DNA of 63,986 nt, the filler included, from Reticulomyxa filosa (taxonomy: Eukaryota > Protista > Foraminifera): NCBI GenBank assembly GCA_000512085.1. It is 16 parts of 16 records of this genome, joined end to end, with 100 filler letters (N's around TTAATTAATTAA, not from the genome) between each part and the next. Parts side by side here need not be neighbours in the genome. Positions count along the whole stretch, not along the records: positions 1 to 9,277 come from ASPP01028127.1; positions 9,378 to 17,629 come from ASPP01027131.1; 14 more parts are not named here. One strand, 5' to 3'. Made by a program: the position numbers and the translations under genes. Position 1 is the first letter of the stretch. The number at the start of each line of letters is the position of its first letter. Under the pieces are notes generated by a model. The model searched no databases, was not told the DNA's origin, and worked only from the letters and a program-made list of their open reading frames with translations. Below, one piece after another: positions 1-12,979 of this stretch.

Positions 1-903
1 AGAAATACATGTCGATCACAAGTTGAAGTTGCTTGAATGATTTCTGTGGATAATCCTTTGTTTTTAACTAACCCAGTAATTGATTGATATTGTCATATAA
101 TTGATGAGTTAAGATTGTCTTATATAACATTACAAAAAACCTCGTAAAATAAATTCCTTTATCATGATCTGGTGAATCAATTATGAATTTTCCATGAGTT
201 GTTTCATGTACTTTTTTAAATAATTTACAGTTATAATCATCGCTTGTAACTAATGTGTCTCCTTCTGCTGTGATCCTACCATGGCAACACCATAAAAATA
301 TTAATGCATCATAATTATTCTTTGTTTTAAGTAATTTAATATAATGTTCCATTAAAAATAAATTTAATTTTTTTAGTGTCAAAATTCTGTTTCATTTCTA
401 TTTGGATCATAAGTAGAATGGACTTGATAGCCATACGCTACAAATAAAACTTTGAAATTTATTAAATCCGCTTTCCTACTGGCAAATAATCTGCACTTTC
501 ATATTTCGCAGCACATGTTAATAATATTAATGGTTGCATAATTTTGTGACAATTTCCATCATTAATTTTTTCATTTTCTACATTTTTCTTTTATCCTTGT
601 CATTCTCTGTTTCATTTAATTAATTGTTTTAGTTTGACTTTGCTATAAATTAATATATATTCAAACAAAGCTGTCAATTAGATGAACCAAAAAGAAAACA
701 TGTTGCACCCCAAAAGTAGCTTGCACTTTTTGATCATTGTCAATATCTTGATCATTATCGTCGATGATTTTAAAACTGGGCGTAAGTACCAATAGTAGTT
801 TTGTTGATTATTTCAATCACTTTTTCTTTCAAACCTTTAAGGTGCTGGAAGCAAGTGTTACTGCATGCATGTTTTTAAAAAAGACAAAAGCTTGCAAAGA
901 CAT
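1..903 (-). pseudogene. Decayed paralogue of the caspase-like/TPR gene at 12980-15239 (runs off the window)
   Basis: ATG at 903 gives MSLQAFVFL.. (cf. MSSLKAFVTI). ORF 68..382 has YDALIFLWCCHG..GDTLVTSDD and KGIYFTRFF, matching YDGLIFVWCGHG..STLITSDN and KGSYFTEVF. Multiple stops/frameshifts and an internal deletion. Confidence 0.7.
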
Positions 904-2656
904 GTTACTTAGTTAGTATCTGGAAAAAATTCTTTGTTCTACTCCAGTTTATTAGTCTCTTTTTCATTTTTACGTATTTTTGGAAAAAAAATCAGAGATT
1001 GTACTGCAGGTCCTAATTGCATATGTAAATGATTTGAACAATATCACAAAACTGTTAGAACAGCAAAATGAATATTTAATTATATTTTGTGGCTGTCAAA
1101 GGATTTGTTCCACTTTGTAATGTTATTTGAAAACTGTGCTATATATTGAAAAAAAAATCTAGGTTTCATTCCAATTTTTTTTTAATCTTTCATTATTTAT
1201 TCATATCTTTTGCTTCATCAGCGCAAACCTGCAATGTATTGACAACTTGGACCGAACAAAAGACAGTATGCAAAGGATATTGAAGATGATATAACAAAGT
1301 GAACACGCAAGTAAGAATATTGAAATTAAGAAATACATGATTACAGTTTTGAAAGCTTCAAGTTTTGAAAGGATGTGAAAGAATATTGAAAAGGATCCAA
1401 ACAGATTATGTTTCTGGTTGTAACAAAAAACTGTTTTAAAGATATTAAATAATAATTGTTAGAGTAAATTGGATTCAACAGTGGAGATAGAAATTAAAAA
1501 ACCTTTTAATATATCAATATTTAATAAAAGTTTCACAAAATTTGAAAAACAATTTCTTCCGCACAAATCAGAACAAATTCTCCATTTAATTATGATTGCA
1601 GTTTTGTCACTTTTAACCGCTTCGCAAATTCGCAACTATAAAAAAAACACATCTTTTAATAAAATACAATCACATATTTTAAAATATCTTGATGTAGGTC
1701 ATTTAACCGTCTTATGATAGAAAAAAAACGATATAAAAAAACATTTTCTTTCTGGTACTGACCTTTACTTTTGAAACGTTTTTAACTGAGTGTTCACCAA
1801 GTTGTAACACCTAGCTATTTCCCGTTCCGAACATCTACATAAAAATAAATGTACTAACTTTGTAGTATTAGCAAAGATTAATAAATATTCCCCTCTTGTT
1901 ATGAAAACAAAACGAAAGTGTTTTTTATCAACAAAAAAATTCAGCGTCAAACGAGTTTTTTTTTTGATGACCCAATGATAAAAAAAATATTTATTTTGTT
2001 TATTTTGGCAACCCAACACTGAGTATTTTTCAACACTTTCACCAATATTGATGCACTGGGGGTATAATTCTCTTTATAGGCAATTTACTTCAGTAAGTTC
2101 GTGAAACAAACTTTCATGATGAAAAGGAACACAGCAATAGAAACAAAATACTCCTTTTTTTTCTACACTGGCGAGCTTCAAAAAAGTGGAGCCAAATTTG
2201 TACACCACATCAACCGTATGGCATTTTGTGTGGATTGATTTTGGAAACTGCTTAATTTTTTACTTCGTTTTTACCAGTGTTTGCATATTATCTTTATCAT
2301 TTTGTAATTTATCCACATACTGGTAATATTTGTTTTTGATTTTTCTTTGGCGTGTCGAGACCTTTTTAGCCAGGAAAAACCTTGACAAATGGATTTATTT
2401 GAAGATTGCAATGACAAAACTAGCAATATATGTGAAATTGTAAGTAAATGAAATGTTAAGTCTGTAACAACGGATACTATTTAAAAATTATTAAGAAATA
2501 TATCTTGGATATAAAAATTTAAGAAGCGATAGAAATACGATAAATAATAGTGTGAAGCCTAAAGGACAACAAAAGAAAGGGACCGACAAAAGAGAGAAAC
2601 ACTTTTATCTTTCTCTCATATTTTTTTTTAAATTTTTTGTTGTCATTATTATTGGA

Positions 2657-4440
2657 ATGTCACGTGGTACGAAACGAACTTCTCCTGAAACTCCTTTGGA
2701 AGATCCACCTTCCAAACGACAACGGACTCTCTCTCGTTCTCCTGACATGCAACCTCTTACTGAAATTCAAAATAACCAGTTAAACGGTAGAGAGGAAGAA
2801 AAAAAAAAGAAAACAGCAGACAAAAAAAAAAAAAAAAAAAAAAATAAATTGTATGTTTTTTTTTTTAATAAAAAAAAGTGACATGAGTGACGGCGAAATC
2901 GAAGAAGGTGAACTAAATGGTCACAAGGAATCTCCAAAGGAAAAAGAAAAGGAAAAGGAAAAGGAAAAGTCGAAATCAAAATCCAACTCAAAATCAAAGG
3001 AAAGGAGTAGCAAAGAATTGAAAGATAAAGAGCGACAAGAGGAACGAATAAAAAGAAAATCGAAAGAGCGAAAAAACAAAGACAAAGACAAAGAAAAAGA
3101 AAAAGAAAAAGACAAACACAAACACAAACAAAAGGACAAAGAAAAAGATCGGAATAGAGAAAGAAGCAAACGTAGAGATAGTGATAAATACAAAGACAAG
3201 GACAAGGACAAGGATAAAGAAAAAGACAAAAATGACCGTTCCTCTAAACATAAAAGTGGAGAACGCAATCGTAGTCATAGTCGTGAGCTATCATCCAAGA
3301 AGGACTATTCCTCTAGTCGCGCCGGCTCGCTTTCTCGCAAGTTATTTTTATCCCCTTTTTTTTTAAATTTGGGTTTGTCCTTTTTTTTTTTTTTTTATAA
3401 AAAAAAAAAACCCTACTTTTCTTTATCACTTTATGTGATATAATAATAATAATAATATACAATATATATGATGTATTCATATACATACAATATATATATA
3501 TATATATATATATATTATGTATATGTTTCTGCACCAAGTATACATATTGTAAATATAACAAACATTGACGTGAACAGACGTGGAAGTAATAGCCGCACCC
3601 CAAGTCCAGGCGGTCGCCGAGGAGACGACCTGGGAACAGCAGCGGCGGCGGCGGCGGCGACAGGTGCGAGTGGCAATGAAGTGAGCAAAAGCAGTAGCAA
3701 ACGCGGCGAGTCGCACTCAACCAAGTTTGACGACATGCTAAAAGATTACAAGTCGCATTATCTGGGAAGCAATGACAAGTACGAGGGCAGTCGAGGGGAT
3801 AAAAAGCACCGCAGTGGAAGCAACAGCACAAGCAATGGACGTAAGATGCTGAATCATTATCATCATAGCGGCAACAGTAGCAAGAGTGCGATATTGGACA
3901 ACCGCGACTTGATCAAAGAGGCACAAAAGTGGATTGCACAAAGCGATCACAATATCAGCGAACGAGAATACCAAAAGGGCTTGCAACAAGAAATGAGCAT
4001 GTTGAATTCCGCAAATGCAAATCCGGAATTGTCCTTTGAAGAGCAGCGAAAACAGCGAATGGAGCGATTGAAGCGATTGGAACTGAAACAAAAAGCTTGC
4101 GTGGATACTCTGGACAAGAAAGTCGATGATCGCACGCCACAAGTGGCGCAGCCCACTACACCGCAGCTCAATGTTGTTGAAGATAAACATGCTATTCCAA
4201 AGACAATCACAACCTCCACATCCATAACAATCGCTACTGCCACTGCCGGTCCTACTTCCTCTTGCACGATTATTCCTACCGTGGATGTCAATGGTATTTC
4301 TGCTTCCACTACTAGTGCCATTGGAAATGGTCCGACGGAACATGATCATTATGCCGACAGTGATAGTAAGAATAGCAATGACAATGGCAGCATTCATACT
4401 TTGAACGACAACAATAACAACGAGAATGATAATAATAACA

Positions 4441-4479
<39 letters not shown>

Positions 4480-5698
4480 TGGAAGTGCTCAGTGCGTCCT
4501 TGCCAACTTCTACTGTGATTGATGTCGATGTCGACATGCAAGTAAATAGTGATACTGATGACGAAAAAACAAAGAGTAATCGCATCACCACCATTGCGAA
4601 AAACATGATTTCCAGCGATGCCTATGATGAACTGCAAGTTGCACACTCTGAAAAAAATGACGAGGGATTTGATTTATTCAGTGAATCGCTTGACTTTGAA
4701 AAAGAAATTGTCAAACAAACTACGGTGACGAGATCTGTTGGTATGTTGTTTTTTTTTTTTCACTTTTACATTTCAAATAATTGTTTCAATATACAAATAC
4801 ACGGGGCCTCATTTTACTGTTGTTTTTTATTTTTATTTATTTCCTCTCCTTGGTGTGAAAAGACAACAATTTACATTTGACGGAGAATTGGGACGACAGC
4901 GAGGGATATTATGTATTCCGATTGAATGATCGAATAAAAGACAGGTATGCTTGTTTTTTGAGTGTGTATCACGTTTACGAGTATATCAAATTTTTAACCA
5001 CAATTTTATGTGTGTATGTGTTTTTTGTTTGTTTGTTTGTTTGTTTGTTTGCTTTGTTTTTGTTTTTGTTTTATTTGCTATTTATTAATTTGATTTGCTT
5101 GTTTTTTTTTTCATTTTGTTTTATTTGCAATTTTTTCTTGCAATTTGACTTTGGACAATAGGTACAAAAGCGTCTCCTTCAATTCGCGGAATGTTTGTCT
5201 TTTGTTTGGCTAAAGTGCCTTCAGAAGGTTTTTTTTGTTTTTTTGCGTTTTTTTAAACCCCCATGCATCCCAAATGCAAAAAGAAATCATTTTTAAAAAT
5301 GTTGCCATATGTTTTTGTTAAGTTGGTTTGTTTTGTTTCTTTTGTGTCTTTGGCTTATAGGTGTGTGGACCATTAAAAAAGAAAATTTCGTCTAAGTGAG
5401 AGAAGACACGGGGTGAGGGTATAAGTTTGTTTTTTTGTTTTTGAAATCTAGTTTTGAAACGTTATTGATTTTTCTTTCTTTTTTTTTTTTTTGGACGTCA
5501 AATTAAAAAAAAAAACATACACAAGAAAAGTATTTGAGAAAAAAGCAACAACCAAATTGGGAAAGGGAGGGTAAAACACACAATTTCAACCCGAAATGTA
5601 GAAAACATGCACGTGTGTGTTGTGTATGTGTTTATGTTAATGCTGTGTGTATGTGGACACGGGCGCTGATACAAATCTTGTATTGCTCTCATTGAAAC

Positions 5699-5738
<40 letters not shown>

Positions 5739-6898
5739 GAAAACTTAAAGTTACGAAGTCGTAGGAAACCAAGGACGTGGCGTATTTTCCACTGTGCTTC
5801 GAGTGCGTTATTTAAAGAACAATGAAATATACGTAATCAAAGTAATTCGAAACAACGAGACAATGTTCAAGGCTGGACAAAAAGAAATAGATTTTCTGCT
5901 ATCAATAAAAAACCGCGACAATGACAATAGCAAGCATTGCATTCGATTGTTGGACCATTTTGAATATCGCAATCATTTGTGTTTGGTATTTGAGCCTATG
6001 GAATGCAATCTTCGACAATTGCTAAAAAAAGTTGGCGCTGGAAAGGGCTTTAGCATTAACGCAGTTTACAGTTACGCGAAACAATTGATGAAAGCATTGC
6101 AATTATTGAGCAGTCTGGGAATCGTTCATGTGGACATTAAACCTGACAATATCCTTGTCAGTGAAAATCGCAAAATTGTCAAGTTGTGCGATTTTGGAAG
6201 TGGATACAAATTGGAAGATGTCGAAATTACGCCGATTATTGGCAGTCGCTACTATCGTGCACCCGAGGTTATGATTGGATTACATTGGGATTGTGGTGTC
6301 GATATGTGGTCCATGGCATGCTGCTTGTTTGAATTATACACGGGAAAGATCTTGTTTGCTGGAGACACCAACAATCACATGCTTAAATTGCATTGTGAAA
6401 TGGTAGGTAAATTCCCTGTCAAAGTTGGGAAAAAGGGGCTATTTTGGTCTGAACATTTTGATGATTGTGGCAGATTTTTGGAAGATGTTGTCGATTCCGT
6501 TTCTGGACTGGTGTGTATAGGTGTATACGTGTATACGTGTGTGTGTATATATATGTGATTACAATCTTATTTCAATAATTGTTAAAAAAGTGTATATACA
6601 CCGTAATGGTATTTTTATAATTACACATTTGTTGTTGTTATCTTTGTCGGTGGGGGGGAAATAATAGCAACTGAAGGAAATTCATAATTTTACTCAACCT
6701 ACTCGAGATTTAATGGAAGCATTACATCCTAATGGAACTGACGAATACAATCGATTGCCAATACATGAACGGAAGAAAGTAAATGAATTTCGAGATTTAC
6801 TTAAGCAAATTCTCATACTTGACCCTGCCAAACGAATCACTCCAGAAATGGCACTGAAACATCCATTCTGCAAAAATCCAATGAAAAAATCGCAATGA
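2657..6898 (+). CDS. PRPF4B: Pre-mRNA-processing kinase PRP4 (CMGC/DYRK-related), ~6 exons
   Basis: K/R/S-rich N-terminus; signature LTENWDDSEGYY; kinase motifs GRGVFSTV, HVDIKPDN, KLCDFGS, SRYYRAPE, DMWS. Predicted introns 2779-2878, 3341-3577, 4741-4862, 4945-5750, 6511-6667 join the kinase and flanking ORFs. Confidence 0.93.
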
Positions 6899-8436
6899 AG
6901 GCAAACACTTCAAGCATTTTTTGAAGATGCCATTTCGACAAATTTCCAGATAACTTTTTATGGTTTGGGCGTTGTTTTGTTTTTGTTTTGTTTTTTTCCT
7001 TTCAAAAAAAAATTTGAATAAGTTCAGGGGATCAAGAATTATCCCGTTGAAGTGCTGAAATTTTAATGTCCGAGTTGCTGAACAACAGACAAACAAAACC
7101 TTCGAGCCTTCAACGGCCATCACACAGAGAGACTGTCTTCGTAAAATTTTTTTACTTTTGATATTCTACAAAGGCTATCTTATTGAAAATATTTAATAAA
7201 AGAGGGGAAAAAACAAAAATGTTGTTGGTTTGCTCGTTTTTCGTTTCTGTTGTGGTTTTTTGGTTGAAGATGGAAAGAGATATTAGATGGAGAAAGAGAG
7301 AGAAAAAAATCTTGCTGTCTTCTTATGACTTCTGTGCCTGACAGCTATTGGAATAACATAAATGTAAATGCTTTGCTTTCTTTATCGCATGTTAAAAAAA
7401 CGTAGTGATCGCACATTTCTACGCAATTTTCTTTTCGATTGATACCAATATTCGTTACAATTACGAAGCACAACAAGCACGATCAATTACACATTCTTAC
7501 CAATAATCAAAACGTGCTTTTGTGTCTGATCTTTAAACCATTGAGTGAAGAGTAATATCATTTCGAATATGCCATCATTTTCTTGCAAAATCTGAGTAAA
7601 AAAATAATTTCCTGGCCTGAGAACAAAAGAAATTTTTGGCAAAAAAAAAAAGGAAAATTTATGAAAAGTGGATGATAAATGATTGAGTGAAAAATGTCTT
7701 CTTTTTATTGTTCTTAGTAATATGTAGTACCGATGATGTGTATATGTATCATATTTATTTGTTTTTCTTTTTTTAAATCTTTTCAACAAAACAAAAATAA
7801 AAACTCCAAAAAAAGTTTCTTTTTTTCCCTAGGGGCAAAGAAAAGTTGTTTGAAATTTTGCATAGTTTGTAATATCTAATTAAAGGAAAGTTTTTACACT
7901 TCCGATTACAAAAAAAAAAAGCCACTTTCTTTCAACACAACAATGGGATCCCATGTCTATTCTTCTCTTTGGCATTGACAGCGTCTCGTTGTTGTAAGAG
8001 GGAAACAAAGAAATTCCCAACACTTTGTCATTTAATTTTTATTTTAAATTTGATTTTTTTTGAAATTGTAATATCTTCTGTCATCGATTTGCAAGCAAGT
8101 TCTATTCTAAAAATACTTTTTTAAAGCAGTACATTCCAAATAGCCAAGTAAGAACAAAAAAATAACAAAATGTATAATGAGCTTTCAATCTTGTTTTCCT
8201 GCAAATTATTTTATATTTATTTCTTTTTTTTATTTGAATACTCGATTGAATTTGGACCATGGATTTTTTTATCAGACTTCTTTGAACTTGCAGAAAAAAA
8301 AAAATTTGAAAAAAAAGCAATTATATATTACTGGACAAATAATTATTGTTAAACAAAAACTTCACATACAAAAGGAAGGAGAAAAAAAAAGTGTCTTTCA
8401 CAGACCGCAAGCTAGTTACTTGGGAAAAAAAAATAT

Positions 8437-9259
8437 TTAGGAATTCGCAGTAAACCTTTTATGTAGCTTAGAAGAGAGATACTTTTTACGTGAGGGCAAA
8501 TCGACAGAGTAAGAAGGCTGTAGGGAAGGACCAAAGTAAGCAGCAAGTGCTTTCTTAACAGCTCGCACTTCGTGTACGCAAACAACCAAAGTGGACTTGT
8601 CACAAGAGCTGCAGCCTTCCAACCATCGATTGTAGAGAAAAGTGGCAAACATGATCACCGGCGAGATCACGAACCAGGAAAGGAAAATTGATTGCACCCA
8701 TATCACCATAGATGGTTGTGCTTCAGGCGAAATTGAAAAGATCAAAATCAAGGCAAAAAAGATAATCAAACAACAACAGCCGCATGAATGAATAAATATA
8801 TTGCTTATTCCCTCACATAGCTTGCGTGTGAGGTCGGAGTTCCCTTGTACACAGCTGCACATTGCAATGCTTTTCAATACCATATCAATTATTATCAGTA
8901 TAAATCCATATGACCATACTATTTGTTAGTCACGCAATTCACATGCATACAAGAGATGAAAGAAAGCGAAAGGGGGAAAGAAAAGGGTATATGTACATAA
9001 GTTTTTTTTAATATACTTTCCTCACACGTACACGTATTCGAACTTTTTTTTTTTCCCCCCCCCCCCCCCTTTTATTATTTAAATGTTTGTTGTTTTTTTT
9101 TTTTAAGTTTCGTAATTCAAACATACATAAGACTCGGAAACGAAAGTCGTGTTTGGCCATTTCTTGAAATGGGAGTGTGAATATGACACTAAATGTTAAT
9201 GAAATAAATAGAATTGACACTCGTTCCCAACGCGAATAGGGATGACAAGGGTGACAAAA
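8437..9259 (-). CDS. Multi-pass membrane protein, 3' part (5' end lost in gap)
   Basis: Exon FCHPCHPYSRWERVSILFISLTFSVIFTL after an A-run/AG acceptor at 9260; further hydrophobic segments in ORF 8437..8883. Confidence 0.5.
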
Positions 9260-9277
9260 CTTTTTTTTTTTTTTTTT

Positions 9278-9377
9278 NNNNNNNNNNNNNNNNNNNNNNN
9301 NNNNNNNNNNNNNNNNNNNNNTTAATTAATTAANNNNNNNNNNNNNNNNNNNNNNNNNNNNNNNNNNNNNNNNNNNN
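9278..9377. other. Artificial contig spacer N44-TTAATTAATTAA-N44. Identical spacers start at 17630, 20643, 22902, 24717, 27042, 28930, 34260, 39779, 41841, 46550, 47819, 50721, 53815, 55973
   Basis: Same 100-nt unit each time; the 12-mer core places stops in all six frames. Many contig ends lie at homopolymers or microsatellites. Confidence 0.98.
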
Positions 9378-9446
9378 GAGTAGTGTGTTTTAGAATAAAG
9401 GGTTCCAAAGTTCACTTGTAGCGCGAGAATTAATTATTACGACATC

Positions 9447-9625
9447 ATGAGTACTACAAACATTTGATTGTTTTTAAGAAAAGAGTTGTTGGTATGCTGG
9501 TTGGTGAAGCTAGCATTCGATATGTCGCAATGAAATTTAATATAAGTATAGCTTCGATTTTGGCTGTCGTCATATAAGTGTAATAGTACAGTAAAAAGAA
9601 AAGTTGGATCTGGTAGGTCAGAGAA
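9447..9625 (+). mobile_element. Relic of a Tc1/IS630-type transposase N-terminal helix-turn-helix
   Basis: With frameshifts reads KHLIVFKKRVVGMLVGEASIRYVAMKFNISIASI / WLSSYKCNSTVKRKVGSGR: a paired-like HTH followed by a GRPR-like linker. No DDE domain or TIRs seen. Confidence 0.55.
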
Positions 9626-10865
9626 TATTCATCATGTCACAAAGCTAAAGAAATAATTGATTGATTTAAAGAAAATAATAGAACTGATAAATTTTCCTCA
9701 TAATTCAACAGACATAAATCCAATTTATATCATTTGATGGATAACTAAAGTAAAATTATATAAAGTAGAAAAAATTAACAATAAACAATAACTTTGGTAA
9801 AAATTTGAAAAAATATTTGAAAAACTGACACTAAGCTATGTTAAGCTTTAGTTGAGCCAATGCAAGATTCCTAAAATGAAAACAAAAAGATTAAAAAATT
9901 TCTTATTTTCAATACATGTTCAATTTACATGAACTCATTCGAAATTTTTAAAAATCATTTCAAAAAATCATATTTTTGATCAACCTAGAAAAAATTTATT
10001 ATAAAACCAATTTCATATTTAAAAACTACAAGATTACTATATATTTTTTAAAAAAATCATGTTTAAATCTTTATTTTTCATGGAGAAAATCAGTTATCTT
10101 CATATAGTTATGTCAGTTTTTTTTGCAATCTAATGTATAAACTGTTTTCCATCGTTGTCAGTATAAATGTTTGATAAAAATACAATCATATTTTCTTTAT
10201 TCATATCTAGAACTTGCCCTCCAACTGCTTTAATCTGTCCTTCATTGTTTTTAAATTCAAAGTAATCACTTCAACAGTATTTCCAGGTTTGTATGTCCTT
10301 TGTGATTGTTTGTGCTGCAACCAAGACTTTTCATTTTTTCAGAAATATCTTTTACTTGATATTTCATCAACATTTTCAAGTTTTCAATACGAGTAATTCA
10401 ATTAAAGCAATAAAAACACAAGGTATAGATTTTTGTTTTTTCTTTCCTTTTTGACCCTTTTTTGGAGTTATTTTTCGTTCAATAGTTTTCTGTTCTTTTT
10501 AACGTGTAGTAAGAAAATTTACAAATCTTGCACAAACATTTTAATATTAGTGTTATAAATTCTGTATATTATTCATTTTTTTTATCGACTTCGTTTCACA
10601 AACTGTGTCATTCTTTTGTTTATAGTGAAATTGCTTTATTGTTGATAAGTGAAGCATTTAGTGACGAACAAAAACACAATAGCAACAAATTTTAGATAAA
10701 AATATTTGTTCTAAAATAATAAGTATAACATAGTGAATTACAAAAAGAACTATGATTTTTAACTTTTATTCGATACATATGTAGCACACAATTAATCAAA
10801 GAAATATTTTAAAACAAACGAACAAAAAAAACAATACAATCACAGTACAAATGTACACAAACAAA

Positions 10866-12200
10866 TCAAATATAAATCCCAAAGGGATATAATTCTTGAA
10901 ATTCTTTTTTGATATGACTAAAGTATTGTTTGTCGTGATAGTCAGTTGGCATGGAACATCGTAAAGGTTCTCCAGGGTGAGCATAATTGCACCGTTTTCC
11001 AAACGTACAAAGTTTGGAGTCATTTCGTGCAGGGTCACAGCAGGGTTGAGTCTTGTAATTGGCCACCCGAATACGGTGTCTCATATCTTCGATGCCATGG
11101 GCGAAATTGCACTTATCTCCATAGCTGCAATGTCCTTCATTCATCCAATTTTCACACAGCTCGGTTTTGTATAAATCAGATATCCCACGAGAACCTTCAT
11201 TTTTTTTATTTCGGTGCTTGTCACTCTTTTTTTTTCGATCCTTTTTGGTCTGTTCACTACCGACACTTTCATTATAATGACACTCTTTTTTGTTGTACGC
11301 GTGGCATCCAAGGAGTACGTCACTGTACTCTCTCACTCTATCTTTGCAGTGGTCATTCCATGAGTCTATCTTCAAGAGAGGTTTCCCAGACTTTTGACGA
11401 CGTGCCACTTTTGTCAATCTTGTTTTTTGCGTCACTTTTGCAACGGATGCGTCTTCTGCATTTTCGTTTTTCATTAACTTGCTCTTTTTTTATCACACAA
11501 ATTTGGAGTCACTTTGTTATTATTGTCTTCAAATATCGGTTCGTCCAACATTGCGTCCGAGTTTTCCCACACTTTTTCTGGTGATGTCCTTTCATCGGAA
11601 AATTTGGAGTGGACAGAATGAACTGTTGTCGGAGGGGAATAGGAGATGCAAGCTCTGATTGGTTCGTGTTCACCCACGGAGATATTGGATGACTGCGACC
11701 AAATCGCATTTGACACGCAAGATCTTATATCAACGTAGTATGGAGGGTAAGGTTGGATAAATAAATTCCCATAAGGGTCCTTTGATACTATACCCCTACT
11801 GGACATATCGGTTTGCATTTGGTTGTGGTCGTTCGCAAATCCGCAGTATTCATTTATTGCCAAATCTTGCAATTCACATCGCCCAAAGAAAGGAGGGCTT
11901 TGCACACCAGCGTGTTGTACTTCTGTGTTTGGCCCACGGCTGAAATCGAAATTCAAAGGCGAATGAAGAAGAGGACAGAAAGAAGGGCTATTGAGGCTAT
12001 AATAAAGATAACAGATATAGCATGTCAGAAGATGTATTGCTAACTTTTTTAACGCATATGAAACACTCCAAAAGTTCAGTTTTAAAGTACATATACCTTT
12101 CAACGTCTTCGAGTGTGTCTTGGAAACTTGACAAATCTATTTCACTGTGGCCAAGGGTGGTGTTTTTATAATCACTGTGGCACGTTTCTTGGTTATCCAT
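10866..12200 (-). CDS. Tandem CCCH zinc-finger RNA-binding protein (TIS11/ZFP36-like)
   Basis: LYKTELC-x8-C-x5-C-x3-H and NYKTQPC...C-x5-C-x3-H. ATG at 12200, intron ~11999-12096, one frameshift in an A7 run at ~11485-11491. Confidence 0.85.
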
Positions 12201-12979
12201 AGAGCTATGAAAGGTGAATGCAATGACGAATAAAGCAACAAAGAAAAAATGATGAAACGAAAGTAACACGGAAAAATATTGAGTTATGACGCACGTTGGC
12301 CAAGAGCAAAACAAACTCAAACATTTTTCTTTTTAAAAATACAATCAAATATTAGTTCTTTCGAAATACAAATGCATTGCTCTTGTTTTCAATTTAGCTT
12401 ATCTCTAACTATTCCCGAATGTTCGTTAACAGTGAACTATCTAATTGCAATTTTCTTTCTTAATTTTTCAAGAAAATGCAAACGCTTTATGATTTGTTTT
12501 TTTGGACCCTTTAAGAAAAGTTAGACAAATTTCTAGCTGTTGAAATAAATTTTCAAATTTCAAGCAATTCAATTTAAAATATATTGTCACAATCATTTTG
12601 TTCTGAGACACGTTTTCTGTTGCGTGGTTTAACATTTCAGATTCCTAAAACTGACGAGCAGCTTTGGTTAGAATTTGGAATGTTGTGAAAATTTTTCTAT
12701 TGTAAATGAGCTCTTAGTTGTTTAGTCAGGAATGAGATAAAGCAATTTAAATATAGACAAAATTTAATTTTTTTGATCGTGCAGCTAGGAAAGCTATTTT
12801 TCCTACAAATTCGAGAAACATATCTAAGCACCGAATTGTATAATAATAAAATGTATTCTTTATGAAGAAGTAAGATGTTGTTTCTTTTTTCCCATCAACT
12901 TTTTTTTAGTTACACAAAGATGCTAATTTGCCTTTAAAAACGAAAAAAATAATTTTTATTCGCAGTATTCTTAGTTTGG

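Noticed and set aside
1200-2450. Coding-like remnants upstream of the PRP4 kinase gene
   Set aside because: No consistent frame or identifiable family.
2921-3278. Hydrophobic antisense ORFs (FSFSLSL.., poly-I/L/F), also at 3738-4646, 39028-39644, 40431-40967, 43705-44187, 49850-50629
   Set aside because: Shadows of K/E/N/Q-rich low-complexity coding sequence on the opposite strand.
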